Below the pieces are notes generated by a model. The model was not told the DNA's origin, made no database searches, and saw only the letters and a program-made list of their open reading frames with translations. Both the position numbers and the translations under genes were made by a program. A DNA stretch of 64,000 bases from Octopus vulgaris (lineage: Eukaryota), in the NCBI GenBank assembly GCA_951406725.2, contig OX597822.1:76632001-76696000 (forward strand). Reading direction: 5' to 3'. This document shows positions 38,545 to 51,423 of the stretch, piece by piece; within the stretch, counting starts at the first letter, position 1; every line of letters begins with the position of its first letter.

Positions 38545-38945
38545 AGGGGCAAAGGTATATGCCATCATAGAGGTCAGCTATCCTGCAGATATAAATATCT
38601 CTTTGAAAATCAAAGAGGAAGAGGGTATCTATGAACAACTGCTTCGAAACCTACAGCTTCTGTATCCAGACTATGAATTCATATTCATACCAATAATAAT
38701 TGGTGTGCTAGGATTTGTTAGTAAATGATTAAAGGAGAATCTGGATAGACTGAGATTTTTCAGAAAGAGAAACTGACTGGCTGATTTGTACATTACAAGT
38801 GCAATCTGTGAGTGGAAAAGTAAAAATATGCAAGACTTTTCTCAAGTTCCAAATGTGTATTTGTCTGTGTTAACTACATCCCAAAGATGGAGCCTTGTAT
38901 CTTTGTTGGAAACCGGCTCCCTCCTCAGTAGAAGATTTATAATAA
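38545..38945 (+). mobile_element. R4/Dong-like LINE 3' fragment (restriction-like endonuclease region plus 3' UTR)
   Basis: IIEVSYPADINISLKIKEEEGIYEQLLRNLQLLYPDYEFIFIPIIIGVLGFVSK* ...QSVSGKVKICKTFLKFQM. The PIIIG.LG motif is typical of R4/Dong. Confidence 0.75.
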
Positions 38946-39667
38946 TTAAAAAGTAGAAGAGACATACATACACACACACACATAAATTGATAGAGATACA
39001 GATGCATGTTGGTTTCAAGAGAGAGAGAGAGTAAGACAAATACATTGACCCCCAATATGTTACTGGTATTTGTTTCATCGCCCCACCCCCACCCAAACCC
39101 CATCCCGGAAAGATGAAAGACAAAGTCAACCTCAGCAGTATTTGAAATGTTGCTAAGCATTTTGTCCAGCAAGGAAACGATTCTTCCAACTCACAGCCTT
39201 GATATTGATGTATATAGACTTACTGACTGACCTGTCAGCAATGCAGGAGAGCTCATTTTATTCTCTGTAACAAAGGGCAAAATATAATTCATAAAAGCTG
39301 ATAAAAATTAATTGGAAATATAATTAACACAATGTTGTTCAAATATGGTGAAATTAGATAAAAGTAATAAAATGAATAAAAACAAATTAAGAAAATTTAT
39401 GATGACTGACAAAATCTGTTTCGATGCAAGTGACTTTATTTAGGTTTGCAAGTATGGTTTGTGGTTTGCATATAAATGTTTTAACTCTTGCGCATCGGAG
39501 ACCACGAGGCTTCTGCTATGAACAGCAAAATTCACATAGGACCTTCAGCAGAACTGATTAATCTGGGAGCCATTTTCGTTTCTTACTAGAAAGAAAGGTA
39601 CAACATAGGGGTTTCAACAGGGATTGTATTAAACCAGCTTCCTCTCAGGGTAGCTGTGATTAAATTG

Positions 39668-39740
39668 CTGGGTACATGAGAGAAAATACATGGGTACATG
39701 AGAAATACATGGGTACATGAGACAATACATGGGTACATGT
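39668..39740. repeat. ~20-bp minisatellite (TACATGGGTACATGAGA..) x3-4
   Basis: Seen directly. Confidence 0.85.
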
Positions 39741-39769
39741 AGCGAGTGTTTAGTATGTTGTACTCATGA

Positions 39770-40055
39770 GTACAAGATCATGGTTTCAATTCACAAACTG
39801 CATTGTGTTCTTGAGCAAAACACTTCATTTCACATTGCTGTGGAGTTGCATGGCTTAGTGGTTAGGGAATTGGACTCCTGAATCGTATGATTGTGGTTTC
39901 AATTCCTGGACTGGGCAATGTATTGTGTTCTTGAGCAAAACACTTCATTTCACATTGCTGTGGAGTTACGTGGCTTAGTGGTTAGGGCATTGAACTCCTG
40001 AATCCTATGATTGTGGTTTCAATTTCAGGACTGGGCAATGCAAAACACTTCATTT
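39770..40055 (+). mobile_element. Tandemly repeated family E SINE heads (120-bp period)
   Basis: GCTGTGGAGTT..TGGCTTAGTGGTTAGGG...GGTTTCAATT at 39837 and 39957. Confidence 0.8.
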
Positions 40056-41025
40056 GTCAATTCTATATTTAAGAGACGAAGAAATATGTACGTTATTTAC
40101 ATTATCTACATTATTTACATTTGACGGATATTTGTCCTCATCTTGTTTGTTGTTAACACACCGTTTCGGCTGATAACCCTCCAGCCTTCATATGGTATAG
40201 TGGTTAAGAGCTCAGGCTACTAAACCCCAAAATTCTGAGTTCGATTCCAAGCAGTGACCTGAATAATAATGATGATGATGATGATGATGACGATGACGAC
40301 GACGAAGACGACGATGACGACGACGACGACATGCCCCGATGCAGTACCAGGCCGTAGCTCTCATGGCTTCTCATCTTAACTGATTTGAAGTGTCATCATG
40401 TACATTGTTTTGTCTTGGTATAAAAGTTGGGCTACAACAAATATTCTGTTCAATACCACAGATTTGCTTGTCTGTTGCTTGACCTTAACCAGTTGAGCAT
40501 GTCCCTTAGTGGCTGACAATATGTGCATTTCTGATCACGAGCAGAAGTAGTGGGGGAGCATCATAGCCATGTGTTGAGAGGGATTTTTGGGGTTTGAATA
40601 ATTCACCTCTGGAATCATGGGTGTTTTGTTCAACATCCTTAAACAACCCTTATTCAGGGACCTTTTGAGCAGGATGGGTTACTCGACCAGAAGAAAATTC
40701 TAACTGGGCCCCACCTGCAAGGTCATATGCTGCTTATCTTGATATCAGATCACCATGTCATGCACATATGGTTTTGATGCATGTTCCTAGTGTACCTTTA
40801 TCAGACAGGTAGTCATGATGCGTATACTGGGCTTCGTATATTTTACCCCAGTGTCACTTTGATGGAATGCACTGCTCTCTCACATACCTTAGGAATGAGA
40901 ACCCAGGTTCGAAATTTCCTCAAGACACCTGATGAAAGCTGGAGGGTATATCAACCAAAACATTGTGTTAACAACAAACAAGATGAGGACAAAAATCCGT
41001 CAAATGTAAATAATGTAAATAATGT
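40056..41025 (+). mobile_element. Family H composite: inverted tail, tRNA-like head, (AAT/GAT)n, ~550-bp unrelated insert, hammerhead tail
   Basis: A box TGGTATAGTGG at 40193-40203, B box GTTCGATTCC at 40239-40248, CTGATGA at 40929. Flanking direct repeat ACTTCATTT at 40047-40055 and 41026-41034. Confidence 0.75.
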
Positions 41026-41274
41026 ACTTCATTTCACATTGTTCCAGTTCTCTCCCTGTAATGGACTGGTGAGCCATTCGAGGGAAATGTTGTGATTTTG
41101 GTTGCTTATATGCCTTGGAAACAGGGGCAACTAGACCTATGAGTGCTTGGCCCGAAAGGGCCTGTTACTTATAATATCCAGTGGTGGGTGGGTGGTGATA
41201 ATGCTGTACATGAGTTTAGGGGTGGGTAGTCCTTACTGATTAATTAGCATGTGGTCAAGGGGATTTTATTTTAT

Positions 41275-41675
41275 AGGTACAGATTTGGCTGTGTGGTAAG
41301 AAGTTTCCTTCCCAGCTGCATGGTTCCAGGTTCAGTCCCACTGTGTGACACCTTGAGCAAGTATTTTCCAGTATAGCCTTGGGTTAACCAAAGCCTTGTG
41401 AGTGGATTTGGTAGATGGAAACTGAAAGAAGCTTGTTGTGTGTGTGTGTGTGTGTATGTGTAAGTGTTTGTCCTCCACCACCCTTGACAGCTTGTGTAGG
41501 TGTATTTATGTCCTTGTAACTTACCAGTTTGACAAAAGAGACTGATGGAATAAGTACTAGGCTTATAAAAATAAGTGCTGGGGTCAATTCATTTGGCTGA
41601 ATATCTTCAAGGCAGTGCCCCAGCATGGCCACAGTCAAATGACTGTAAGAAGCAAAAGATACTAGATAAAAGATA
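41275..41675 (+). mobile_element. SINE family A
   Basis: Head, internal (TG)n and tail. Confidence 0.85.
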
Positions 41676-41689
41676 AACATCATTATGTG

Positions 41690-42310
41690 TATGCAAACAC
41701 ACACACACACACACGCATATTCCCATACACACACACACATGCAAGCACATGCACATACACACGCACATGTACATACACAAATGTATATACACAAAGACAC
41801 TCAAACACACAGAGACACCCACACATGCACACAAATACATAAACACACACATATACTTGCACATACACACACATACATAAACATACACATACACACATAT
41901 ATACACACACATACATGCACACAAACACATATACACACATACACATACATGCACATACACAGACATACACTAACACAGACACACATATGCATACAAATAC
42001 ATACACACACATGCACAAACATACATGCACATACATGCACACACATATACAAAAACACACACAAATGCACAAACATACACACTCACATACACACACACAT
42101 ACATGCACATACACACACACATACATGCACATACACATATGCACACAAACACACACACACACAGACACACATGCATGCAAACACATATACAAGCATACAC
42201 ATACACACACATATACACACACAAACACACACATACAGACATATATACATACAGACATGCACACACATACACTAACACACACACACACATACACTAACAC
42301 ACACACACAC
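41690..42310. repeat. Degenerate (CA/TA)n tract, ~620 bp
   Basis: Seen directly. Confidence 0.95.
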
Positions 42311-42627
42311 TTAAGAATAAAAGAGGGAATAACAAAGTAAACGTTTGTGAAGAGCGAAACTGAATGAAATGGGAAGAAAAAGGGCTGAAGGAAATTTCCA
42401 ATGGTGTTGGCTTGTATCCGCTTTGCTCTTACATCTGTATATCCTCTCAACAATTAACCCCTTTCTAGATTAGGGGTCACTTGGTTAATTAAAGCGAAGA
42501 TAGCTAATCTACTAATCTACAATGAGGACCGGATGGCGGGGGGGAATCATCAATACATTGTAGCAAACCTTTGTTTCGTACTTATCTACATTATGTGTGT
42601 GTATATATGTGTATATATAAATATGTA

Positions 42628-42674
<47 letters not shown>

Positions 42675-43885
42675 TCATCATCATCATCATATATATATAT
42701 GTGTGTGTGTGTATATGTATATATATGTATATATATGTACATATATGTGTGTGTGTGTATATATGTATATCCCTCTCTCTCTTTCGGAGAGGCACTGAGC
42801 AGCTATACGCACACATACACACACATATATATATGTATATATATATATGTATGTGTATATATATATGTATGTATATATATGTGTATATATATATATATGT
42901 GTGTGTGTGTATGTGTATATATACATGTATAGATATATGTATGTGTATACATATATGTTTATATATATTTGTATGTGTGTGTGTATATATATATACACAC
43001 ACATATGCATGTGTACACACACATGTACACACCACACATATATTTACATACATACACCACACATATATATATATACGTACATGCAAACATACACGCAAAC
43101 GCACGCATGCATACAATCACACAAGCGAACACATATATGCAATTGTGTATGTATGTGTGCAAGCACATTGGACTTTAAATGATGATGATGATGCATGCCT
43201 GTATATACACACACACACACATATATATCCAAATGTATATGAAAATGGACTGACCAGTGATCAGCATCTCGAATTTGATAGACAAAAGCTTTATGAAAAC
43301 TCATCAATTGAGTATATACGTGCATATATATATATATAAGTATATAGTTGTGTGTCTGTGTTTGTCCCCCCACCATTGCTTGACAACCAATGTTGGTGTG
43401 TCTATGTCCCTGTAACTTAGCGATTCGGCAAAAGACACTGATAGAATAAGTACTAGGCTTACAAAGAATACGTCCTGGGGTTGATTTGTATGACTATGGG
43501 CAGTGTTCCAGCATGGTCACAGAGAAAATGACTGAAACAAGTAAAAGAATAAAACAAAAGAATATATATGTATGTATATGCATGTATAATTCACTGTGTA
43601 TTTTGCCAGAAGCATGTAAATATTGGCAAGAAACCCAATGTATATATGATAAGTCTGTGTTTACGTCCGTTAAAACCTATGTTGTGTTTATTTTATCTTC
43701 CTGAGAGGCTCGACAAATAGAAAATAATAAAATATGTACCAATAAAAAGGATAAATGGTCTTGTGTGTGTGTGTGCATGCGTATGTATACATGTCTGAGT
43801 GTATATGTGCATGTGTGTGTATGTATAGATATGTATGTGTGTGTACGTGTGTTTGTTTGGATGGATTGATACATATATGTTTATC

Positions 43886-43926
<41 letters not shown>

Positions 43927-43976
43927 GTATATTTACATCTGTGTATATTGTGTCTGTATATACATACATATATACA

Positions 43977-44018
<42 letters not shown>

Positions 44019-45074
44019 TATATGCGCAGATATATGTATATAAGTACATATCTACATATGTGTAGATATTTACACATATTTGTATGTATGCATAGATATA
44101 TCTACATATGTGTGTGTATGTGTGTGTGCATGCATGTGTCTGTGTGTGTGTGTGTAAGTAAACATATGGTTGTGGATGTATGTAATAATATCTCTTTAAA
44201 TAAGTATTTGTATAGTTATTGTGTCATTACAAACAGAATGTAACATTGGTTGCTATGGTTGTTAAGTCTATTTACATCTCTGCTTCCTTTAGAAGATCTC
44301 TTAAACTTTTCTGGAATGGCAGAAATGGTATAGGGTGGTATGTAGGAAGTAGATAGCATTTTTTTTTTGTTTTCACTCTTGTGTTTTCGTATATATCCAA
44401 ACAAAAATTGTTTCATTTTCGTTTTTTTCCCTCTTTGTTTTTTTTTTTTTTTGATTATTGTCAATTTAAAGACTTATTTTATTGTATCATTCTAATAAAT
44501 TGTATGGATACAGAATCAACCCTGTAAAAACCTGCTCCAGTAATTAACACTGACAATATTGCATTGTGGGAAATTTCCTTTGCTGATGTGATAGATGAGG
44601 GCAGGAAGTCAAGCAAAACAAACAGCTCAAGGAACTAATTCAACTTTAAATACAAATATATCCCAGCATTGAAACAAAACTCCATTAACTATTTCAATGG
44701 AAAATTATTGGATTATTGGATGGAATTGTTTTCCTTCATTTTTTTTTCTCTTCTTGCGTGTGTGTATGTGTGAATGTTATTCCGTTTGCTTTTCAGTTGT
44801 AACAGGGTTGGTGGTCGGGGAAGCCATTTTGTTCTGCTTTGATGGGGTAAGGTGTAATGTTGTTTCTTTGTTTTATAGTCGTTATATTTACTCTTTGTGA
44901 TGATTCCATTTGGTTTAACTCTTTCTGTTTTAATTATTTTATTTCTGAAAGTCTATATTGAATAAGCTGGTTTACTCTCCAAAACATTTCGACCATCTCC
45001 ATCATGACCATAAAAGATAAAGCCATTGTTTGGAGTAAATTTCATTATATTCTATTCTATTCTATTCAGTATCT

Positions 45075-45276
45075 TTTATCCTTTGTCAATTACTTGTTTC
45101 TGTAATTAAACTGTGGCCATGCTGGGGCACAACCTTGGAGAACTTTACTCAAGTGAATCAACTCCCGGTACTTACTTATTTTTGTCTTATTTTATTGTTC
45201 TTCTTTGTTGAACTGCTAAGTTACAGGGATGTAAACACACTAACACCAGCTGCAAGTGGTAGGGGATAAATACAGA

Positions 45277-45310
<34 letters not shown>

Positions 45311-45420
45311 CTTCTGGCCATCTGGCCATCTGGCCATTTGGATGTGATTAGTTGCCTATACAGCTAAGCACTTTATAAGTGTGAAACCAATGGTCACTAT
45401 CTGACCAACCATAACAACCA

Positions 45421-45457
<37 letters not shown>

Positions 45458-46640
45458 ATTCTTTCATTTGTTTCAGTTATTTGACTGTAGCCATGCTGGA
45501 GCACCGCCTTTGGTTGAGCAAATCGACCCCAGGACTTATTCTTTGTAAACCTAGTACTTATTCTATTGGTCTCTTTTGCTGAACTGCTAAGTTAGAGGGA
45601 TGTAAACACACCAGAGTAGAAAAGAATATTTCATGTTGAATCCATGATCCTTCATTCATTATTGTAGAAATAACATGAGAAAGCAAAATACTTTCAATTC
45701 TGTCAGTATACAAGTGGCCCTCAAAAACTTTCTGTGGCCCACAATGTAATTCGAGTTGGCCCGGCCTCTCTTAGTCAAACTGTCCAACCCATGTCAGCAT
45801 AGAAAGCGAACATTAAACTACAACGATGGTTATGATATGTATATGAAAGGCTTCTTTCAGTTTCCAAATACACTCATAGGACTTTTATTGGGCCAAGGCT
45901 GAAATAGACACTCGCCCTAGGTGCCATGCAGTGGAACTGAACCCAGAACCATTTGGTTGGAAGCAAACATCTTACCACACAGCCATGCTTGTGATTATTC
46001 TTTTGTTCTTTTATTCTTTTACTTATTTCAGTCATTTGACTGTGGCTATGCTGGAGCACCACCTTTAGTAGAAACAAATCAACCCCAGAACTTATTCTTT
46101 GTAAGCCTAGTATATATTCTGTTAGTTCTCTTTTGCCTAACTGCTAAGTTATGGGGATGTAAACATATCAATATCGGTTGTCAAGTGATGGGGGTGGGGG
46201 CAGACAAACATATACCTATATATATGTACCTATATATATATATACCTATATATATATATGTATGTATATGTATATACGACTGGCTTCTTTCAGTTTCCAT
46301 CTGCCAGATCCACTGACAAAGCTTTGGTCAGCCTGAGGCTATAGTACAAGACACTTGCCCAAGGTGCCATGCCGTGGGACTGAACCCAGAACCATGTGGT
46401 TGAGAAGCAAGCTTCTTACCACACAGCCATGCTTGCTATTATGTATGAAATTTTTTAAAAAAGTGTTATGACTTTTGAAAATTTACATCAACATAGGACA
46501 GGTGCAGGCATAGGAATATAAATAAGTTTGCTTTGCTACCTTGTAGTTTTTGGTTCAATCCCACTGCCTGGCACCTCCAGCAAACATCTTCCACTATAGC
46601 TCTTAGTCTTGTGAGTGAATTTGATAGACTGAACGGAAAC
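45075..46640 (-). mobile_element. Cluster of family A copies and fragments (45075-45280, 45460-45612, 45845-45990, 46005-46435 on -; head on + at ~46500)
   Basis: Similarity to the in-window consensus. Confidence 0.8.
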
Positions 46641-47307
46641 TTTGTGGAAAGCATTTGTTTGCCCATTTCTGGCATTTCTGTCATCGTTGTTCCTCCTCCT
46701 TATTTATATTCACTTTGTACAGTTTCTCCCTCCTACCTACTATTCATACAGCAACATGGTTGGCTTAACAAGTTGTGAAAGTGCAGGGTTAAAAGTACCC
46801 TCCATTCTTGTCTTGCTAAGGACTATTCTACCTCTTCTGGAGTGGGTACCACAAGAAAATGTACCCAGAATGTTCTGTAAGGTGCATCCAGTCATAGGAA
46901 CCGAACCAAATGACATGAACAAACACTTGTAGTTTTTTGGATCTGTAGTTTTTCAGAAAGAGAACTCAAACTTTGATAACCTGTGCAACCCATGAAAGCA
47001 GGGATAAAAATAAAGCTAATGCATGTGGTGTAAAAGGGACTTGCAAGATGGTGATGGTGGTGGCAGCAGTGGCGGCAGTTGTCATAGTGATATGACGATG
47101 ATGATGATGATGATGATGATAATGATGATAATGATGATGATGATGGCAATGGAAGTGAAAGAAACTTTGCAAAAATTTAGCTTTGTAACTTTTTGTCCAA
47201 CACTGTGTACATATTTCCATAGAAAACACAAAGACATGCGCGCACACACATATATCTGTGTTAATGGTTAATGTGTGTATACACACACACGCACACACAC
47301 ACACACA

Positions 47308-47383
<76 letters not shown>

Positions 47384-47749
47384 CATACTTAATAGTACAG
47401 GGGCAATCATACATCTTTCAGTCTGTGAGGGAACCAATATTTAGTATTGGTCAACTCTTTAGTCTGAAATAAATCAAAGACTCAAAATTCATATTTATTT
47501 TAATATGTAACCCATTTATTATTTATTATAGTATAGATTCTATTCACTGGCATTCTATTACATACAGCCATACAGCTGGCACCAAGAGCAGGTTTTTCTT
47601 TTCTCTTTTTGTAAACACATCCAAAATGTGTGATGGTGTGCTTTATGAAATACATATTAATTTGAGTTTATGTGTGTAAACACTATGTGCAGACTATACA
47701 CACATGCATATACATAGCTATGTACATATGTATATACATACATATATAA

Positions 47750-47811
<62 letters not shown>

Positions 47812-48003
47812 ATACATATATATATATATATATATATGTACACACACACACACATATATATATATATAAATATATATGTATATATTATATGTATATAAAC
47901 ACACATTCACATTCATATGTACATATATATTTATACATGCAGATATACAATGGGCTATGAATATTAAGCATGTTACATGATCATATGTATATATATCATA
48001 TGT

Positions 48004-48390
48004 GGAGGCGCAGTGGCCCAGTGGTTAGGGCAGTGAACTTGTGGTCTTAGGATCGCAGTTTCGATTCCCAGACCTGGCGTTATAAGTGTTTACTGAGCGA
48101 AACCACCTAAAAGCTCCCTGAGGCTCCAGCAGTGGGTGGTGGCGAACCCTGCTGTATTCTTTCACCACAATTTCCTCCCACTCTTTCTTCCTGTTTCTGT
48201 AATACCTGTATTTCAAAGGAAGCCAGCCTTGTCATACTCTGTATCACGCTGAATCTCCCCAAGAACTACGTTAAGGATGCAACTGTCTGTGGAGTGCTCA
48301 GCCACTTGCACGTTAGTTTCATGAGCAGGCTGTTCCATTGATCAGATCAACTGGAACCCTCATCGTCATAACCGACAGAGTGCCACAACA
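48004..48390 (+). mobile_element. Full-length tRNA-derived SINE resembling the octopus OK family
   Basis: A box TGGCCCAGTGG, B box GTTTCGATTCC, ~390 bp, ending ...AACCGACAGAGTGCCACAACA. The family name is from recall and was not searched. Confidence 0.75.
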
Positions 48391-48466
48391 TATCACATAT
48401 ACAATATTATGGTTCTTTCTTTCTCGTATAGACATGTGTTTGTGTGACTGCATGTTAGCATAAATG

Positions 48467-48516
<50 letters not shown>

Positions 48517-50844
48517 TATAAACATACAAATATATATATATATATATATATTTGTATGTTTATACACAGACATGTGTATATACATATATATATTTATGCT
48601 CACTCAGAAATGCTCTTAATACACATGTATATATTCATACATTCATACACACTCAAATGCTATTAATATGCCAAGTGCACAGAGAGGAAATCATTGATAA
48701 CAGCAACAAGCGCGAAGAAAGAATCATAAATACATTGGACAACAACTTAATGAGTCTCGTAGCTGCATGTTTGGTGTAGTGTACCAAAAGAGATATCAGT
48801 GGCGAGACAGCCGCTTGTATAAAAGAGTGTTCAAAGATCAGCATGTATGTATGCTGCAGTTGCATAGGAAATTTTCTGCCATATATTGCCACTGTGCATC
48901 ACTGACATCATCGTCTTAAATAACAATGCCTTCGTCGTCATCGTTGTCGTCGTCATCACGATCATTGTCATTGCTTTACCACAGCAAAGATTGTTATTGG
49001 TGTCGTCATCTTAAAAACAGCTCCTTCGTCGTTGCAATTACCGTCCTCTGCATCTTTGTGACTGTCATAATCATCATCATTGTCGTCATCATCATCATCA
49101 GCATCCTCATCATCATCATCATCATCACCATCATCCTCATCATCACCACCATCTTCATCATCATCAACCTCATTTTTACCACTTTATTATTCATTGCCTC
49201 TTCTTCATCATCATCATCATAATCAACCCCATTTTTATCACTTTATTATTCATCGCCTCTTCATCATCATTATCTGCATCATTGCGATCGCCATCATCAT
49301 CATCAGCAGCAGCATCATTGTCATTGTTATCATTGTCTTAAAAGCAACAACATCATCATTTTTATCATCATTCTTCTTACCATCATCATCATTGCTGTAA
49401 TAAATTTTGTCAAGTTTACTTACTAACCACATGGTTCTGGGTTCAGTTCCATTGCATAGTACCTTGAGCAAGTGTCTTGGGCTGATCTGATTTAGTTGAC
49501 ACGGAAGCTGAAACAAGCCTGTTTGATTAAATATATGTACATATATCTGTGTGTGTGTCTTTGTGTATGCATTTGTCCCCCACAACCACATGGCAATTAG
49601 TGTTGGTTTGTTTATGTCCCCATAACATTAGCAGTTCAGCATAAGAGTCTGATGGAACAAGTACCAGGCTTTAATGAGATACTAAGTCCTGGTGTCGAAT
49701 CATTTGGCTAAAATTCCCCGATGTGATGCCCCAGCATGGCCACAGCCTAATGACTGAAACAAGCAAAACATAAAAAAAAAACATCATCATCAGCATCATC
49801 ATCATCACCAATTATATAAATCCTAATTATCGGTTAACCTTAATTATCAGCATCATCCTAACTGTCATATTTGCTGCTATCAACATCATCATCATCATCA
49901 TCATCATCATCATGCATGTATATATGTATGTACGTATTTGTGTATCTATATATGTGTGTATGTACATATGTAGGTATGCTATCAACATCATCATCATCAT
50001 CATCATCACTGAGTTAGTTATCACCATTCTCCTAATCCTTGTTTATGGCATCATCTTTGTTATCAGCCTTATTTTTGTCATCTTCATTATCAGCCTCTTC
50101 TGCCTCCTCTTCATCTTCATCGGAATCATCATTCCTACTATTGCCGCCGCCACCACCACCACCACCACTAGCAAAATGACAACTGCCACCACTACCATCC
50201 TCACCACTCCCATCATTATCACATCATCATCATCATCATCATCATCATCGTTGAATTATCAGCATAATTCTAATTATCAATTAATCTTAATTATCACCCT
50301 AGTTCTAATTATCATCATTGTTGCTATTATAATTATCATTACGATAATCCTCACCATCATTGATTTAATCATCACAGCGATCCTAATCCTTCTCCATGTC
50401 ATCATCATCATCATCATCACTATCAACCTCATTTTTACCACTTTGTTATTCATCTCCTCTTCATCATCCACATCATATAATCACCATCATCATCATCACA
50501 ATCATAATTAGCATTGTTGTCATCATCATCATCATCAATGGAACATGCTTATTTCATTTAGTTGCAGCACTTGTAATCCCTGCACATTTAGTGCACATGG
50601 TTTGCTACCATACAACATTGAGCTTCGTAAACATACATCATACAATCTAACCTTTACCTGTAAAAGACAATCACCAGCAATGGTTATTATAATCATTTCA
50701 AATTTTAGCACAAGGCCAGTAATTTCAAGGAGAGGTTAAGTTGATTACATTTAGCCACGACATGACTGATGCTTATTTTATTACTGAGGGAAACCACTAA
50801 GCAGTGGTCAGTAAAATTGTAATGTTATTGCCAGTCCGAACATA

Positions 50845-51096
50845 TTGGGTTGGTGCATAATTATTGCACCTGTTTATTCAACAAATTTTATTCAGCAAAA
50901 ACAATAACAATATTTAACAAAAACATCTTTAAATGATGGTCTGATCATCTGCCAAGCAAATGGGAAGCAGTAATTGAAGTAGATGGTGAATATGCTCCAG
51001 AATAATAATTTAAAGATGCTTTTGTTACATGTTGTTATTGTTTTTGTTGAATAAAATTTGTTTGAAAAAAGCTGCAATAATTATGCACTGACCCAA
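50845..51096 (+). mobile_element. Mariner-derived MITE with ~90-bp TIRs
   Basis: TA-TTGGGTTGGTGCATAATTATTGC ... GCAATAATTATGCACTGACCCAA-TA. The centre encodes a mariner-like C-terminus DHLPSKWEAVIEVDGEYAPE*. Confidence 0.9.
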
Positions 51097-51194
51097 TATA
51101 TGTATATGTATATATAAATGTATATATATTTATATATCTATATACATATGTATATATATAAATATATGTATGTATGCATGCATGCATATATATA

Positions 51195-51415
51195 TTGGGT
51201 TGGTGCATAATTATTGCAGCTTTTTTTTCAACAAATTTTATTCAGCAAAAACAATAACAATGTTTAACAAAAAACATCTTTAAATGATGGTCTGACTGTC
51301 TGCCAAGCAAACGGGAAGCAGTAATTGAAGTAGATGGTGAATATGCTCCGGAATAATCATTTAAAGATGTTTTTGTTACATGTTAATAAAATTTGCTGCA
51401 ATAATTATGTACCAA
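51195..51415 (+). mobile_element. Second copy of the same mariner MITE (right TIR partly deleted)
   Basis: Direct repeat of 50845-51096. Confidence 0.85.
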
Positions 51416-51423
51416 TTACACCA

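Noticed and set aside
40191-40262. tRNA-like sequence as a real tRNA gene (also 48004-48080)
   Set aside because: A and B boxes are present but there is no clean acceptor stem, and the sequence runs into SINE bodies.
44293-44335. Micro-exon candidates after strong acceptor-like sites (also ~23236, ~23851, ~63570)
   Set aside because: They could not be joined into a coherent reading frame, and such sites are expected by chance.
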